64,000 nt of DNA, from assembly GCA_951406725.2 (NCBI GenBank), contig OX597842.1, positions 20,274,001 to 20,338,000 of the forward strand, written 5' to 3'. The position numbers and the translations under genes were made by a program. Numbering within the stretch: the stretch's first letter is position 1; each line of letters starts with the position of its first letter. Shown here piece after piece: positions 14,343-29,182 of the stretch. The notes beneath the pieces are model-generated. The model ran no database searches. It was not told where the DNA came from and saw only the letters and a list, made by a program, of their open reading frames with translations. Origin of the DNA: Octopus vulgaris (Eukaryota).

Positions 14343-14378
14343 TTTTCTGTAGAAGAGCGTAGGCTCGAAACGTAAAAG
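14343..14378 (+). ncRNA. Minimal hammerhead ribozyme motif in a Penelope-like tail (core variant CUGUAGA)
   Basis: UUUU-CUGUAGA-A-GAGC(GUAG)GCUC-GAAA-CG-UA-AAAG, with palindromic ACGU helix III. Confidence 0.6.
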
Positions 14379-14479
14379 ACTTTTTCTATTCCTAAGCATT
14401 ATACTAATACAACTGTTTGTTTTGTACACCACCTGTCTTCGTCTTTTGATTATTTTCGTAAACTCTCTCTATATATATA

Positions 14480-14765
14480 GATATATATGTGTATATGTGA
14501 TCACGTGACCGACCAGACCATCAGATGTAGTTACATATCGCTGGTCACAATGTGTTCGCATTGTTTTAGCCTTCGAAGGACGCCACCCCGCTGGCTAAGC
14601 GAGCAGGCCGACAGAAGAGTGGGAGAAAGAGTACAGCAGGGATCACACCCCCTGCCAGAGCCTCGTGGAGCTTTTAGGTGTTTTCGCTCAATAAACACTC
14701 ACAACGCCCGGTCTGGGAATCGAAACCGCGATCCTGCGAGTCCACTAGGCCATTGCGCCTCCACA
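14480..14765 (-). mobile_element. tRNA-derived SINE (family A)
   Basis: Reverse complement of the GTGGAGGCGCAATGGCC head seen at 46446 and 52768. Confidence 0.8.
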
Positions 14766-14772
14766 TATATAT

Positions 14773-15182
14773 ATAATCAAAATAAGCAACAAGAATGACT
14801 CCGGTAATGTGGTACAATTGTTTTGCACTACATCATTTTATTAAATGCTGTAAGTATTACAACAGATTTAAGATGTTGAGTACTCATCAGCCAATTATAT
14901 AGGTTTTTCCATTAATATAAAAATTTTCAAATCAAATGGCAACATTATAGAGAGGTAGATATACAAAGATGTGGATTTAAATTTTAAGAACATATGAGGT
15001 GGTGAAGTCCAACCACTTTTAATAAAATGTTGTAGTGCGAAACAATTGTACCAAATTACCAGAGTCATTCTTGTTGCTTATTTTTGATTATAATCACCCC
15101 GCAAATTTTTATGGATAACACCATACAAAATTCTCGTGCATAAGTACCATATTCATTCGAATCTAAATTTTTGCTGAACTTA
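14773..15182. mobile_element. Inverted pair of Penelope-like repeats (same family as 48410-49250) with a mutated and a partial hammerhead
   Basis: Minus-strand CUGAUGA...AAAA-CAAUUG-UA-CC at 14808-14895 (GAAA mutated). The + strand 3' half GAAA-CAAUUG-UA-CCAAAUU is at ~15039-15057. Confidence 0.7.
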
Positions 15183-16743
15183 TGTATATATATATATATA
15201 TATATAATATATTAATAAATAAAATAAAACATATGCATATAAACATATATGTACGTACCTACCTCTACATGTACATATAATATATATATATATATGTATA
15301 CATAAAGACTATGGTCTTTTCCCAAAGGCCCTTCAATTCTAGCCTTGCCTACCACACCTGAAATTTCTCCTTCAGCTTTGGTAGTGACCCAGCTATAAGC
15401 GAAGGTCACCAACACAGAGGAGCCCCTAGGGTCAGCTTGTCATGAATTCCTGCTATTGCCCAGAGGACTATGATGAATAAGAGTGGGCTGAGGACTGAAC
15501 CTTGGTGAACAGCCTACTTCTACCAGGAACTCTCCACTATACTCGTTACCAACCCTCATCTCACCGACAGCATCCCTGCACATGGCTCATACAGTTTTCC
15601 ACCCATCCCTTTTCTCCCCGAACAAAAATAAGGGGCTTGCAGCATAACATGGTACTATTTATGAAGAGTGTATTTCTTTATTACCCGTAAGGGTTTACAT
15701 AGATGGGGACAATACAATGATTTGGGGTCATGTGGATGAAATGGAACTATTTACAGTGAAATCGAATGGATTATTTACAATGAAAATGAAATTGAATGAG
15801 TTACAAGAACAAATAAAAAGGGACATATGAAGTGAAAAGAACAGGATAGCCGACCCCATGAGCCCTGTTATTTTAACTGAAACCTTTTGGTAAGGGATCA
15901 CGGCGTGTTCATGCAAGGCCTCTCACACCTAGCATCCGTCTTTTTTTAAATGCAGACACATTTTCTCCAGCCCCACCACTATTTATGACGAGTGGTCCCT
16001 GTGCGCGCACACGCACTAGCTCGTCAAACCGGTCAGAAAAACAAAATATAAAAATAGTGTAAAAACTTCCTCTAAACGAATATGGCAAAAAAAAAAAAAA
16101 AAAGGCGCACTCGCGAAAGGGGTTGGGTGGGGGAGAGGACTCGGAAAATCCACATCGTGAATCTTACGGGTCTAACCCTGGCACAAAAGCCAAAAAAAGT
16201 GTAATAGGTGTAAAACAATTCCTATATATATACATACACCGGAGTAAACACATGTTAAAAAAGGTGGAAAAAAAGCGTACTCAAATACCATAAGTAGAGT
16301 AATATGCCTTATTTAAAAGCAGCAGAAATTCTAATGCTGCTACCCGGGTCTTTACGCTTCCGTTCGCCGGACAGTCCCTCCGTATTTCAAACAAAACTGT
16401 CCGACAAACGGGAACGTGAAACCCCGAGCAGCAGCTTTTGTTAAATATCCGCTGCTTTTAAACAAAGTATGGAATATAAGTAAAAAAAAAAAACCGTGAC
16501 TCATAAAAACATTCTCAAACACACCGGGACCACTCTGCTTAAATAGTACCGCACACCTTGAGGTCAACGGTTCCTGATCCATACAAAAAAAAATCAGAGT
16601 ATTCTTCGTCTAGTGAAAATTATGAGGGTGAAAGAATAAAATAATAAAACATTCATTCGGCACCAATACCAAATAACATAGTTTTGACAGATTATAAATC
16701 GCAAATATTAAGTCGAGAGAAGACAAATACGCAAAGTGTGAGA

Positions 16744-16759
16744 GGCCCTGAAAAGGGCC
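16744..16759 (-). terminator. Histone mRNA 3' stem-loop (H2A)
   Basis: GGCCCTTTTCAGGGCC on the minus strand, downstream of the H2A stop. Confidence 0.92.
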
Positions 16760-16797
16760 GTTGATACGGATAAAGCCAAAAATGCCACCGAATTAAT

Positions 16798-17175
16798 TTA
16801 CTTGGAAGCCTTCTGGGTTTTCTTGGGCAGAAGAACAGCCTGAATGTTGGGAAGAACACCACCCTGGGCGATGGTCACTCCGGACAAAAGTTTGTTCAAT
16901 TCTTCGTCGTTACGGATGGCCAACTGCAAGTGACGGGGAATGATTCTCGATTTCTTGTTATCTCTGGCAGCATTTCCTGCCAATTCCAACACCTCAGCAG
17001 CCAAATATTCCATTACAGCGGCCAAGTAGACTGGGGCTCCGGCACCGACACGTTGGGCATAATTTCCCTTACGGAGAAGACGGTGGATACGACCGACAGG
17101 GAACTGAAGTCCGGCACGGGACGAACGGGTCTTGCTCTTTCCCTTTACTTTTCCTCCTTTACCACGTCCAGACAT
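16798..17175 (-). CDS. H2A: Histone H2A, replication-dependent
   Basis: Intact 125-aa [12 protein letters not shown]...[19 protein letters not shown]...[11 protein letters not shown]; no introns; 3' stem-loop present. Confidence 0.98.
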   Translation of the reverse strand: MSGRGKGGKVKGKSKTRSSRAGLQFPVGRIHRLLRKGNYAQRVGAGAPVYLAAVMEYLAAEVLELAGNAARDNKKSRIIPRHLQLAIRNDEELNKLLSGVTIAQGGVLPNIQAVLLPKKTQKASK

Positions 17176-17445
17176 ATTTCAAAGTTCGACAGTAGTTCTC
17201 AACAAAGAAGACGGCCAAAGTTTAAAAAAGACGGCGGCTTTTGGCCTTTAAATAGCAGTCATGAGGCTCCAGCAGCCACAAACTGCCGAGCGAAAAAGGA
17301 GCGGGTTTATGTCACGTGATTAGACTGCTGTCAAATTCCACCAATGAAATTGATCGGCGCGAAACGTCAGCAAGGTGCTCGGCTGAGCCTACTTGTCAAT
17401 TATAAATAGCGTGGACGAGGGTTGATTAGTAGAGCAAGTGACATT
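17176..17445. promoter_or_regulatory. Divergent H2A/H2B promoter
   Basis: TATAAATA at 17401, CCAAT at 17341 and minus-strand TATTTAAA at ~17247-17254, between head-to-head histone genes. Confidence 0.75.
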
Positions 17446-17825
<380 letters not shown>

Positions 17826-17857
17826 ACCTGCTTCGTTTCTCTTCATCGAAGAATAAC

Positions 17858-17873
17858 GGTCCTTTTCAGGGCC
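17858..17873 (+). terminator. Histone mRNA 3' stem-loop (H2B)
   Basis: GGTCCTTTTCAGGGCC followed by ACCCA. Confidence 0.92.
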
Positions 17874-19562
17874 ACCCACATTCTCATGAAAGTTGATTCA
17901 GATTTTCTGCCGATTTGCGATCCATGTTTTTGGGGTTAATTTCTCCAGGCTTTGCGCAGGAGACAACAGTCATAGAATGGATTGGGGGTGGAAACAATTT
18001 GTGTACATCGAAGCACAGGTATTTGTATACTCACGCGAATATATAAACGAACATGTTTGCAAGTTTTTAATGATACTTTTTTGAAATTTAAGAAATCCCT
18101 CCAACTTCAATTTTGTCTGGTGTCCCCCAGCGCTAACCTTAACCGTAATTACAGGATAGTTTGGAGACTTTTGTCCGTATTTTTCCGCATATTTAGAATA
18201 AGTTAGTTCCTAAAAGATTTCTGTAAAAAATGAAGGAAACGGGTGGTAGTTTAGAAATGTTGATTGTTATTTTTTTGCCAATTTATTTTGCAGATTCGAA
18301 TTCACCGTAACCGAAAAAGGGGGTTTGCGTCGAAGATGTTTAAAAAGTGGGCGGGTCCATTCATTTTTAAATATTTTATTCTATAAATTAAAACAAAACA
18401 GAAAACAGGCAAATTCTTAATTGTTGTTAATTGCTCTCTCAGAAAAAGTTAAGGGCTTGTAACTAACAACCATCTGATACCTTCCTTATTTTCATATTTT
18501 AGCCATCAATAGGCAAGTAAACAGGGCTAACTGGTGTACGAAGACCTGTGTGTAGTATTAAATGCGCCAACGTACCTCTTCCGTGTCTCCAGAAGAAGTT
18601 CTCGTAAAGGCAAAAGTAAGCCAAGTTTTCGTTTATGTCATATTACAACTAAATTTTTAAGTCTCATTCGAACTCATAACATTCTTTGTAATTGTCTATG
18701 TAAGTTCGCATGATTATATATATATACATGTGTATACATTACACATGTATAGACACATCTTTAATTAAACTATTGACCGCCTTAAAACGGATTTCAACAG
18801 ACAAATATTACTATAATGGATAATATAAGCATAACTACTTTACACACATACAATAAATACAGACACACACATTAGTCAGACATATAGCCACATATACACA
18901 CGCACGTGTGTATGTGATCGCGGTGGTGGTCATTTGTGTAGATTTGGTGTGAATTCCTTTTTAAAAACAAAATAATGAATAATGCACATGGAATGAAATG
19001 TTTTACTTAAACTGAACTAATAACCGACTGAGAATTTAATTAGGTATTTATGTGAAATTTCATTAAAGGCGTTGTCCTGTCGAGGCGTAACGCCTGCAGT
19101 TAGCAGCTGGGTTTGTTTGTCATCAGTACAATAACTCCAACACCGAAGATCTGATAAAATACTATATATTTCTTTATTATTTGAATAAACTATTTCTAAA
19201 TTGCAAACCACCACGGAGGAATCGTTAGCTTAAATAACTGATATGAAATCGGATGAGTTATTTATAAAGGAATGAAATTACAATGAAAATTAAATAGGGA
19301 AAAGTAAACAATGAAGATAAAAAGCGGTAAAAAGTGTAGACAGATTCAACCCTGCACCCGGATTAAAGTATTGCAGTCTCCAAATGCGGCCGGAGTTCTG
19401 ACAGAAGCACGTAGCAAAACCGCCAACTTTTCCCACTTTTATGAAATTTCCTAACATCTCCGATTGTCTTCAGCACAATGGAACGATTATGCAATAACAA
19501 AGCTCATTAACGATATTAGCAGAGACAGCCGTCCGATCCCATGAATATCGGAGGGAAATATG

Positions 19563-19747
19563 GGTACTACTTAAGAAGCGTGGTCCTGGTGCGCGCACTC
19601 GCAATTAGTCGATCCTTATTTTGTATGTTTTTTATTTACTTTGTGTAAAAAAAATTATTTTACTTTGCTAGGTAGTCGTCGTAGGATCGACTATTCATGA
19701 CTAGCTAACGCGAGTGCGCGCGCACCGGGCCCTTCTTAAGTAGTACC
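19563..19747. mobile_element. 185-bp palindromic MITE with GGTACTACTTAAGAAG TIRs and an 8-bp TSD (Merlin-like)
   Basis: TIRs GGTACTACTTAAGAAG / CTTCTTAAGTAGTACC; flanks GAAATATG (19555-19562) and GAAATACG (19748-19755). Confidence 0.85.
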
Positions 19748-20593
19748 GAAATACGTAGCCAAAAACAAACTCCACCCGCATTAAGAGGCTGCAGATTTTC
19801 TCCACTGAACAATCGATTATAGTTAGCAAAGTACATCTTGTCTATTAGATTGGTGACCGGGTACTAAACTTACGGCTACCAATAATGCTCCTAAGTGTTA
19901 CTAGACTTTCTAAAGAGAAATCTGCCAGTCCCTGTGAATCAGCAATCGCATCCAAGTGTTTGCACAGAATATTCTGCACTAGGGCGATGCAAGTGTCCCG
20001 AAATATCTGATTTAACGATAAAGAAAACGCAGATGGTCTGGGGGCAAATACTTCGTGCAGCCGATCCCCTAAACGTGACGTGTATTTGCCATTTAAATAT
20101 GGCTAACCCCTAAGGGTGGATGCTACTGTAGTTTGTAGCCCCAGGAGGACACCTCCAGTTGGCTTTAGACACTCTGTGCCCTATCAGTATTTGCAAAGGC
20201 AAGCCACCCTTCCTTATGATACACACGGACTAGAGCTTACCCCTAACGCTTTCCCGAAAAGGCGTAACTTCGGAAGAAGTACCGGATACATTTCAACAAA
20301 GTGTATTTATATATATAGGGGATTCAAGGTTGGTGGGAGTAAAGGGTTTATCTTCAGAAATGTAACAAAGCCACTTACGATAGTTATACCGAAAGATCGC
20401 CCCGAAAAGTGTGGACCGAAAGTAAATATTTCGTAAAGGGTCGTACATCGGTGTGAAATAATTTTTTTCCCCAAAAGGGTGTGAACAAAGTTTTCCCACC
20501 AAGGGGCGCGTTAAATACCAGTAGTTGCAAAATAACAATAAACACAGAAGCACATCGCGATTTAGGAGAGTTGACTTAAATTAAAAAGTGGGT

Positions 20594-20609
20594 GGCCCTG
20601 AAAAGGGCC
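20594..20609 (-). terminator. Histone mRNA 3' stem-loop (H4)
   Basis: GGCCCTTTTCAGGGCC followed by ACCCA on the minus strand. Confidence 0.92.
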
Positions 20610-20642
20610 GGTATGCTCTTGAATAAGCTTAGGAATGTTCGC

Positions 20643-21586
<944 letters not shown>

Positions 21587-21615
21587 GTCTCTGTTGCTTT
21601 GTCAGCATTTTAAAT

Positions 21616-21631
21616 GGCCCTTTTTAGGGCC
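21616..21631 (+). terminator. Histone mRNA 3' stem-loop (H3)
   Basis: GGCCCTTTTTAGGGCC downstream of the H3 stop. Confidence 0.9.
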
Positions 21632-21736
21632 GCCACGTTATATCCTGAGTATTCTCTTTCGACCGTTGATATGCTTAAGATCCTCGCTCCATGGCGAAAA
21701 CAGGAGAAATTCCAGCTTGCTGGGTGTTAGCAATTG

Positions 21737-22241
21737 GGATCTTTTCGGTTTGAGCGGCAGTTTTTAACAATTTCTAGGTAACTAAACTTTTAAACTTCGT
21801 ATACTGTTAGTGTGTTTGTAAAACTGACGTCTATTGAGGTAACGGTGTGTATCTATTGGCTTTGTTTCAGTTTAAATCAAAGTTCTAAGTTTTTAGTACG
21901 ATATATAAAGTACGTATTATTTAAGTAAATTTTTAATATTTACTCTATGCGACCTCATATAGCATCTTTGTCTTTTGTTTGTCCTGTATTGTCTCTTTAT
22001 GTAAAATCGCCATGATCATGATAGAGATACTCTGTTGAGGTAGAGAGACATTCTGTGCCGTATGAATGTCCCTCGTTTAAGAAACATTGGGTTTATTTAC
22101 ATTTCTGAAGAGAAAATTATATCCTTTCCCCACTAACCCTAAAACAGATTGAAATGCAATAGATCGATATTAGGGTCATAATTATGGGTGATAATTTCAT
22201 GACACCGCTAGAAAGAACTGCCGTTTAAACCGAAAAGATCC
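21737..22241 (+). mobile_element. Complete 505-bp GGATC-TIR MITE with an 8-bp TSD (Merlin-like); parent family of the satellite
   Basis: TIRs GGATCTTTTCGGTTT / AAACCGAAAAGATCC; flanks AGCAATTG (21729-21736) and AGTAATTG (22242-22249). Confidence 0.88.
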
Positions 22242-23829
22242 AGTAATTGTGTAGAAATCGAATATGAATAGAAAGGATTTGCGCAAACGATCCTGGCGGG
22301 TGGGGACCAGGATCCGATTTTCCCCTTATAATGCACATTTTCAGTTCCAAAAGCATGCGATGTTTTGCGCTGGGTATTTTTTGTTATTTTCGCACTTATT
22401 TTTCTGTATCTTTACTTTGTCGTTACTGCGGGAGGTTTCTGATAGAAAAATGTGCAAAGGTGAGTAGGTTGTTTACAGGTTTCTTTCGTACTGTTATCGC
22501 AGTTTTGGAGATTTGGCTGTTATTTCTGGCACGCGGATAGCCTGCTTGGTGCCGGCGGGGAATACGAATCTGCAAAAAAAATTGGCAAAAGTAGACATTT
22601 CTAGGCAATCTTTCGTCTCTAGTAGACCTTTCTGTATAAATTTTTTTTTTTTTTACATGGGCTTGCGGGAACTTTTGAAGTAATGAGAGCGAAAGAGACT
22701 AAGAGAAAGCGATTGTATGACGAGGGAAGTTCTTTTGAAGTTACCGTGCATGGGAAGCATTGATGTACATGTGTGTGTGTGTGTGTTTGGTGGGGTGTGG
22801 GAGACGGACAGTATGTTGTGTAAGTGAAGTGCTTCTGTTTGTGTGTGAAAGAAAGAGATAACTGAAATTTTTTACTCGGTGTATGTGTATATGTATGTAT
22901 ATTACTTCAAAATTTCCCACAAGCCCATATGTAAAAAAAATTTTTTTACGGAAATCTACGGAAAGGTCTGCTAGAGACGAAAGATCGCCCGTTTCTATTA
23001 TATAACCCCGACTTATTTCCTTCATTTTTCACTAATTTTTTTTCAAAATGTGCGGAGATTCTGATTCTGAAAAAAGTTTCCAAATGTCTGTAAAATTTGG
23101 TTTGGCATTCCTTCGATCAAAGCATTTCACTTTGGGTATTTCCGTGGGTTGTGGAGTATAGATGTAACGAAATTATGCCAGCAAGGCCCCATTTTCAATT
23201 TCAAGAAAAAAAAGCCTTGCATATTCGTTCTTACCCATTTCGTTTGTGTATGAAAAATCCGTTAAATTTCAAAGCAGAAGACAGAATCGAACTGTCATTT
23301 GTTTCCACAGAGTTTTGATTTTGTCAAGTTACGTCAGAGGAAAACCTAAAGAATTTTTTGTGGGGGTTCAGTCCCACTGCGTGGCACCTTGGGCGAGTGT
23401 CTTCTACCAAAACCTTGTGAGTGGATTTGGTAGAGACCCATCGTATGTGTGTATATGTTTGTGTATCTTACAAAGATTAAGTCCTAGGGTCGATTTGCTC
23501 GACTAACGGTGATGCTCCGGCATGGCCGCGGTAAATTGACTGAAACAAGTAAAAGAGTTACGGTTTTAGGGTTAGTGTTGGGGAGAAAAGTCAAAATTGA
23601 AGAAGTTGGGGACGAGGGGAATGTTGGCAAAAAGGGTTACAAAAATAAATTGATTTGGGAGAAAATGGGCTAGGGACGGGCGGAAGTCTTTCTACGTGGC
23701 CCGTCCCCAAAACGCTAAAAATAGCAGCTGCTATCCCTCACCTTGTCGAAGCACTCACGGTTTCCCCGATTGAAAAGGGCGCAATCGTACCCTGCTTGTG
23801 CGTGCTTCCTCCGCTGCTCAGCTCCCTAA

Positions 23830-24035
23830 CCTATTTCTTTACTGCCCACAGGGGACAGGCATAGGTATTAAGTCGATTGCATCGACCCCAGTGCATAACT
23901 GGTACTTAATTTACCAACCCCGAAACGATGTAAGGCAAAGTCGACCTCGGCGGAATTTGAACTCACAATGTAACTGCGTAACTGCAGACGAAATACCACT
24001 AGGCATTTCGCCTGGCGTGCTAACGTTTCTGCTAG
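23830..24035 (-). mobile_element. SINE family C fragment (also 25790-26185, 34517-34745, 36860-36965, 62075-62180)
   Basis: Shared GAGTTCAAATTCCGCCGAGGTCGACTTTGCCTTTCATCC core with a B-box-like motif, dispersed in both orientations. Confidence 0.7.
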
Positions 24036-24229
24036 CTCGACATCATCCCAGAGATCTGAGTTCAGATTCCGTCAGGGTCGACTTTCATCGTTTCGGGGTC
24101 AATAAAATAAGTCCCAATTGACTAGACCCCCATCCGCCAAATTTCAGGCCTTGTGCCTCTAGAAGAAGGATATTTTTTAGTAGGAGGGGTGGTTTAGTGT
24201 GAGAAAATGTTAGTAATTGTATACGGTTG

Positions 24230-24428
24230 GGTATTACTAGCTAACAGTGGTTCAGGTGCGCGCACTCGCGCTAGCTAGACATAAGTAGTCGATCCTAAAT
24301 AATTTTTTAACCTAAGGAAATAAATTATTTTTATATACAAAGGTTAGGGTTAAAAAGTCGTAGGATCGACTACCTGCGTCTAGCTAGCACGTGTGCGCGC
24401 ACCGGGACCACTGTTCGCTAGTAGTACC
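24230..24428. mobile_element. GGTAC-TIR palindromic MITE (relative of 19563-19747)
   Basis: GGTATTACTAGCTAACAGTGG / CCACTGTTCGCTAGTAGTACC inverted ends; no clean TSD. Further fragments at ~15651-16550 and 35744-37200. Confidence 0.75.
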
Positions 24429-27024
24429 AAGAAAACAGTTCCATATAATATTCCAAAAAAATTCCAGCATTGATTAGAGGAAGGGATTAGATCTGAGAGA
24501 AATTTGTGTTGGTATTAATTCATTGAAAGACGATAAGGAAAATTAGTGAGTAAAGGGAGATAAGCAAGGGCATGAGCCTAATTACGGGAAAAAGAAGCAT
24601 TCGATCTTTAGATGGCTTCATAGGCTTATAACGGTGGTGGATCTCCGTCGTTTCACAACGAGGAGTCAATCTTTTGGTCAACTGATTTACTTGCACTTCA
24701 TTGAGTATTTGCTGGTGTACAAGATGCATCCTTACTTTAGCAGAATATTTAGGGCAGAAACCAGATTAATACGTTTCGTCATTCAGCCATTGGAAAACGT
24801 TTTAAAGTAGTTTTGGAGAGGAAATGTGTCTGGTGCAATGTAAAAAGCAGTGAAATCTCATAAAGCAAAGCAATAATTTCCCATAGAAGCAATGTTATAA
24901 ATTGTAATTCATTCCCAGAAAAATATTTTACCAATAAAATTTATAATACTTGTAAATAAATGACAATAAAACAACAGTAGAATGTAAAGAATATTTTATG
25001 TAAAGTCAAAAACAATGTCAAGATCATTTAGAATAGACGAAATATTATTATTATAATTGTTTTCAGATATATAGAGAGAAATAGATGATGTTGGAGATTA
25101 TGAGGACATACACAAAAGGTATTGGTGGTGGGGGAATATTAGTGGTACAGAGGATAGAGGGGGATGTTTCATAGAAGTGTGAGGGGCTTATGAATGTGTG
25201 TGTGTGTTACTATATCCTTGCCTTGAGACTGTGTGATAATTGTAAACGAGTGTCACTGTTATACAAGCAGTGTCCATCTCCAATCTGACATAAAAACATG
25301 TCAGGTCATGGGGAAATACCTTAGTTTGGCTAGAAGGATATTGAGCTTAACTTGATAACCAGCTGATCTAGGAAGCGGGGCCTCATATCAGTGAGGGGGA
25401 GGGCGGTGCGCATTGATGCCATCGAGAGGTAGGCCCCGAAACGGTGTGCATTCTCTGCTGATGACCCCATACACTTGCTGGCTTCAGGTATACGGAGCTT
25501 TTGACTGGTAGCACTTGCATGTGCAAGTTGTTTGCAAGACATCAGGTGAAGGTTGGCCACAGGAGGGACATCAGCACCAAGAAAATTCACCTCAAAAAAT
25601 TTCATCATGGAAGAATGTATTTCTTTACTACCCACAAGGGGCTAAACACAGAGGGGACAAAGAAATAGAAATGAACTCTGAACAGCCCTCAGCTTGTTAG
25701 CACCTTTCTAACCATCCAAGCCATGCCAGCGTGTAAAATAGACAAAGGTGCTAACAAGCTCAGGGCTATTCAGGGTTCATTTCTATTTCTTAATTACCCA
25801 CAAGGGGCTAAACACAGAGGAGACAAACAAGGACGGACATAGGTATTAAGTCGATTATATCGATCCCAGTGCGTCACTGGTACTTAATTCATCGACCCCG
25901 AAAGGATAAAAGGCAAAGTCGACCTCGGCGGAATTTGAACTCACAACGTAACGGCAGCCGAAATACCTATTTCTTTATTACCCAGAAGGGGCTAAACACA
26001 TAGGGGACAAACAAGGACGGACAAAGGGATTAAGTCGATGACATCCACCCCAGTGCGTAACTGGTACTTATTTAATCGACCCCGGAAGGATGAAAGGCGA
26101 AGTCGACCTCGGCGGAATTTGAACTCTGAACGTAACGGCAGCCGAAATTCCGACCGGAGTGCTAACGATTCTGCCAGCCCGCGCCTTACGGGAATGAGAT
26201 GTATCGACGCTAATATATTTCGACCAATGGATAACATTTCAATGGTTTGCTGTTCCACACGAATTACTAGTTTGTCAACTGATAAACATATTTACAAAGT
26301 GTCCAGAAAGATAAGGGGTCTTTGATTGCGGCATTTTACTTCATTCTCAACTCCTTTTGATTTCGGTCGAGACGCATGTTCTAGCCTCTTGAATAGTTGC
26401 TCAGACAGGAGACAAAAGATCAATCCAAAGCAATTTTGCTTTAAATAACGAACAAATATCTTTGTTCACTTAAAGAGAATAACAAGCTACATAATGCAAA
26501 CTTTTTACTTTTCTAAAATTCCAATTCTAAAGGGTCGAAACAAACCCGGGCAATAACTGCTAGTATATATATAAAGCTGAAGTTGTCTGTGCGTGGCAGG
26601 TTTGGTAGGCTTCAACTAATACTATCTCCTCCGAGACCCTGCGACGCAAGTTGACCAAAATTGAGAGTATGATAGAAGAAGGCTTTTTATTTTCGTTTTG
26701 TTTTTCAGAAATTAGAACAGATAAATTTGGTGGGTGGAGCATAATTTTGTAACTGGGAATGTAATTACAAAAGATGCCTATTTATGACAAAACATTCGAC
26801 AATAAAACTTTTAAAAAGGAGTTGGTTAATGTTTATAGGTTGACCCGGAACAGAAAATCAAAAAAAAAAAAAAAGAAAAAGAAAAAAATATTCAAATGGA
26901 TGTAAAACAATGTGTAGGCAACGAATAGGGAACAAAATGCGTGCTACGCAACGGGAGGGTGGGGAGAGGACTTGGGAAAATTCACAAGATCCGAGTTTTT
27001 CCATCAACTTTTAGGAAAATGGGG

Positions 27025-28517
27025 GGATCTTTTCGGTTTGACCGGCAGCTTTTTAAAATAATTTCCACGTAACTAAACACTTTTAAACTTCGTATACTGG
27101 TAGAATGTGTTTATAAAACATCTTTTTCTCTTGGCTTTATTGAGAGAATTCTATAGTTTGTAAGATATTTGGGATCTTTTCGGTTTGGCCGGCAGTTTTT
27201 AAAAATAATTTCCACGTAACTAAACACTTTTAAACTTCGTATACTGGTAGAATGTGTTTATAAAACATCTTTTTCTCTTGGCTTTATTGAGAGAATTCTA
27301 TAGTTTGTAAGATATTTGGGATCTTTTCGGTTTGGCCGGCAGTTTTTAAAAATAATTTCCACGTAACTAAACACTTTTAAACTTCGTATACTGGTAGAAT
27401 GTGTTTATAAAACATCTTTTTCTCTTGGCTTTATTGAGAAAATTCTATAGTTTGTAAGATATTTGGGTAAAATTACAGATTAACACCCGCACGATTTTCA
27501 CTAAGAAAAAAAAAAAAAACTCGGATTTTTTGCGTGGAATCAAGTACCCTGACCTCCTAATATGCTGCAAATCCCATATTTTGGTCCGGAATTGCTCCGG
27601 AAAGGGAATTTTCACAAGGAAAAAAAAAACTCAGATATCTTGCGTGGAATCAAGTAACCTGACCTCCTAATATACTGCAAATCCCATATTTTGGTCCGGA
27701 ATTGCTCCGAAAAGGGGGGTAACCCCCTTCCCCAGGAATTTTCACAAGGAAAAAAAAATAATAATATATCAATAATTTCGAAAAGAAGCATTTCTAGAAA
27801 ATAGTAAATTGAAGTGTGAACAAATTATTGATATATTATTGCGCAAAAGAAGATTTGGCATACTGTCATGCTTTTAGCTGTCAGAAGTGAAAGTCGTCAA
27901 CTTCGTGTATTTGCGTCAGGTTCGCTGTTAGGCTTATAAAACAATTGAAGTTCAGTTTAAAGTTTATAAATAAATACATTTCATTCCATGTTCTGTTTAA
28001 ACTTTATAAATAAATATATTCTTGCAGTGTGTGTATATGTGGCTATATGTCTGACTAATGTGTGTGTCTGTATTTATTGTATGTGTGTATAAGTAGTTAT
28101 ATGCTTATATTATCCATTATAGTAATATTTGTCTGTTGAAACCTGTTTTTATATATATTTATAATGAACCATTTCTTAAACATACACGATATAGTCTATA
28201 AATTTGGGATGTTTTTGAAAGATAATATATTTTATCATCAGAATATATATACTTTCTCACACTACAATTAAGTTTCTAATTTTTGCTTCTGATCTCTCTT
28301 TGCCCCCCCCCCTCTCTATCTCAGTTGTTCATTTCGCTGATATTTAGAAAAATTTTCGCGCCAATTTTTGTTGTGGGCGGGAAAAGATGAACGATTTAAA
28401 ATAAATATATCTTAATTGTAGTGTGAGAAAGTATATATATTCTGATGATAAAATATATTATCTTTCAAAAACATCCCAAATTTATAGACTATATCGTGTA
28501 TGTTTAAGAAATGGTTC

Positions 28518-28555
<38 letters not shown>

Positions 28556-28986
28556 GTAGAGAATGAGACATCATTCATCTGTCTCCCCACCACACCTCCA
28601 CCTATACAAAAATTAGTTTGAGATAGAGAGGGGAGGGCAAAGAGAGATCAGAAGCAAAAATTAGAAACTGAAACACCACAGCGTAATTCAAACATTCCAC
28701 TGGCTCGAGGAACCCCTGTGCAATAATTTAATAGTCTTATGCACACATATCTGCACAGGAGAATTAAAAATTACTGCCGATTTTAGCAGTTTTGCAACTT
28801 CTTGCGGAACCCTGATTGAAAACCACTGGTCTAGAATAACAGTATGTTTTGCTGAGAATTAATCCACTTTTTTGACAGCAAGAGGTAAGTTTGTCTGAAT
28901 TTTATCCATTACATTATCCATTATAGTAATATTTGTCTGTTGAATCCCGTTTTAAGGCGGTCAATAGTTTAATTAAAGATGTGTCT

Positions 28987-29038
<52 letters not shown>

Positions 29039-29074
29039 GTGTATATATATATATTTATATATATATGTATACAC

Positions 29075-29110
<36 letters not shown>

Positions 29111-29128
29111 ACACATGTATATATACAC

Positions 29129-29182
<54 letters not shown>

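Noticed and set aside
19040-19140. Minus-strand CUGAUGA in the histone spacer
   Set aside because: I could not build a helix II closing onto a GAAA with a matching helix I.
26520-26700. Possible Helitron head-to-tail junction (hairpin-CTAG followed by TATATAAAGCTGAAG, also at 40488 and 59690)
   Set aside because: A dispersed repeat is evident, but the hairpin is weak and no Rep/helicase sequence is recognisable, so the class is unsupported.
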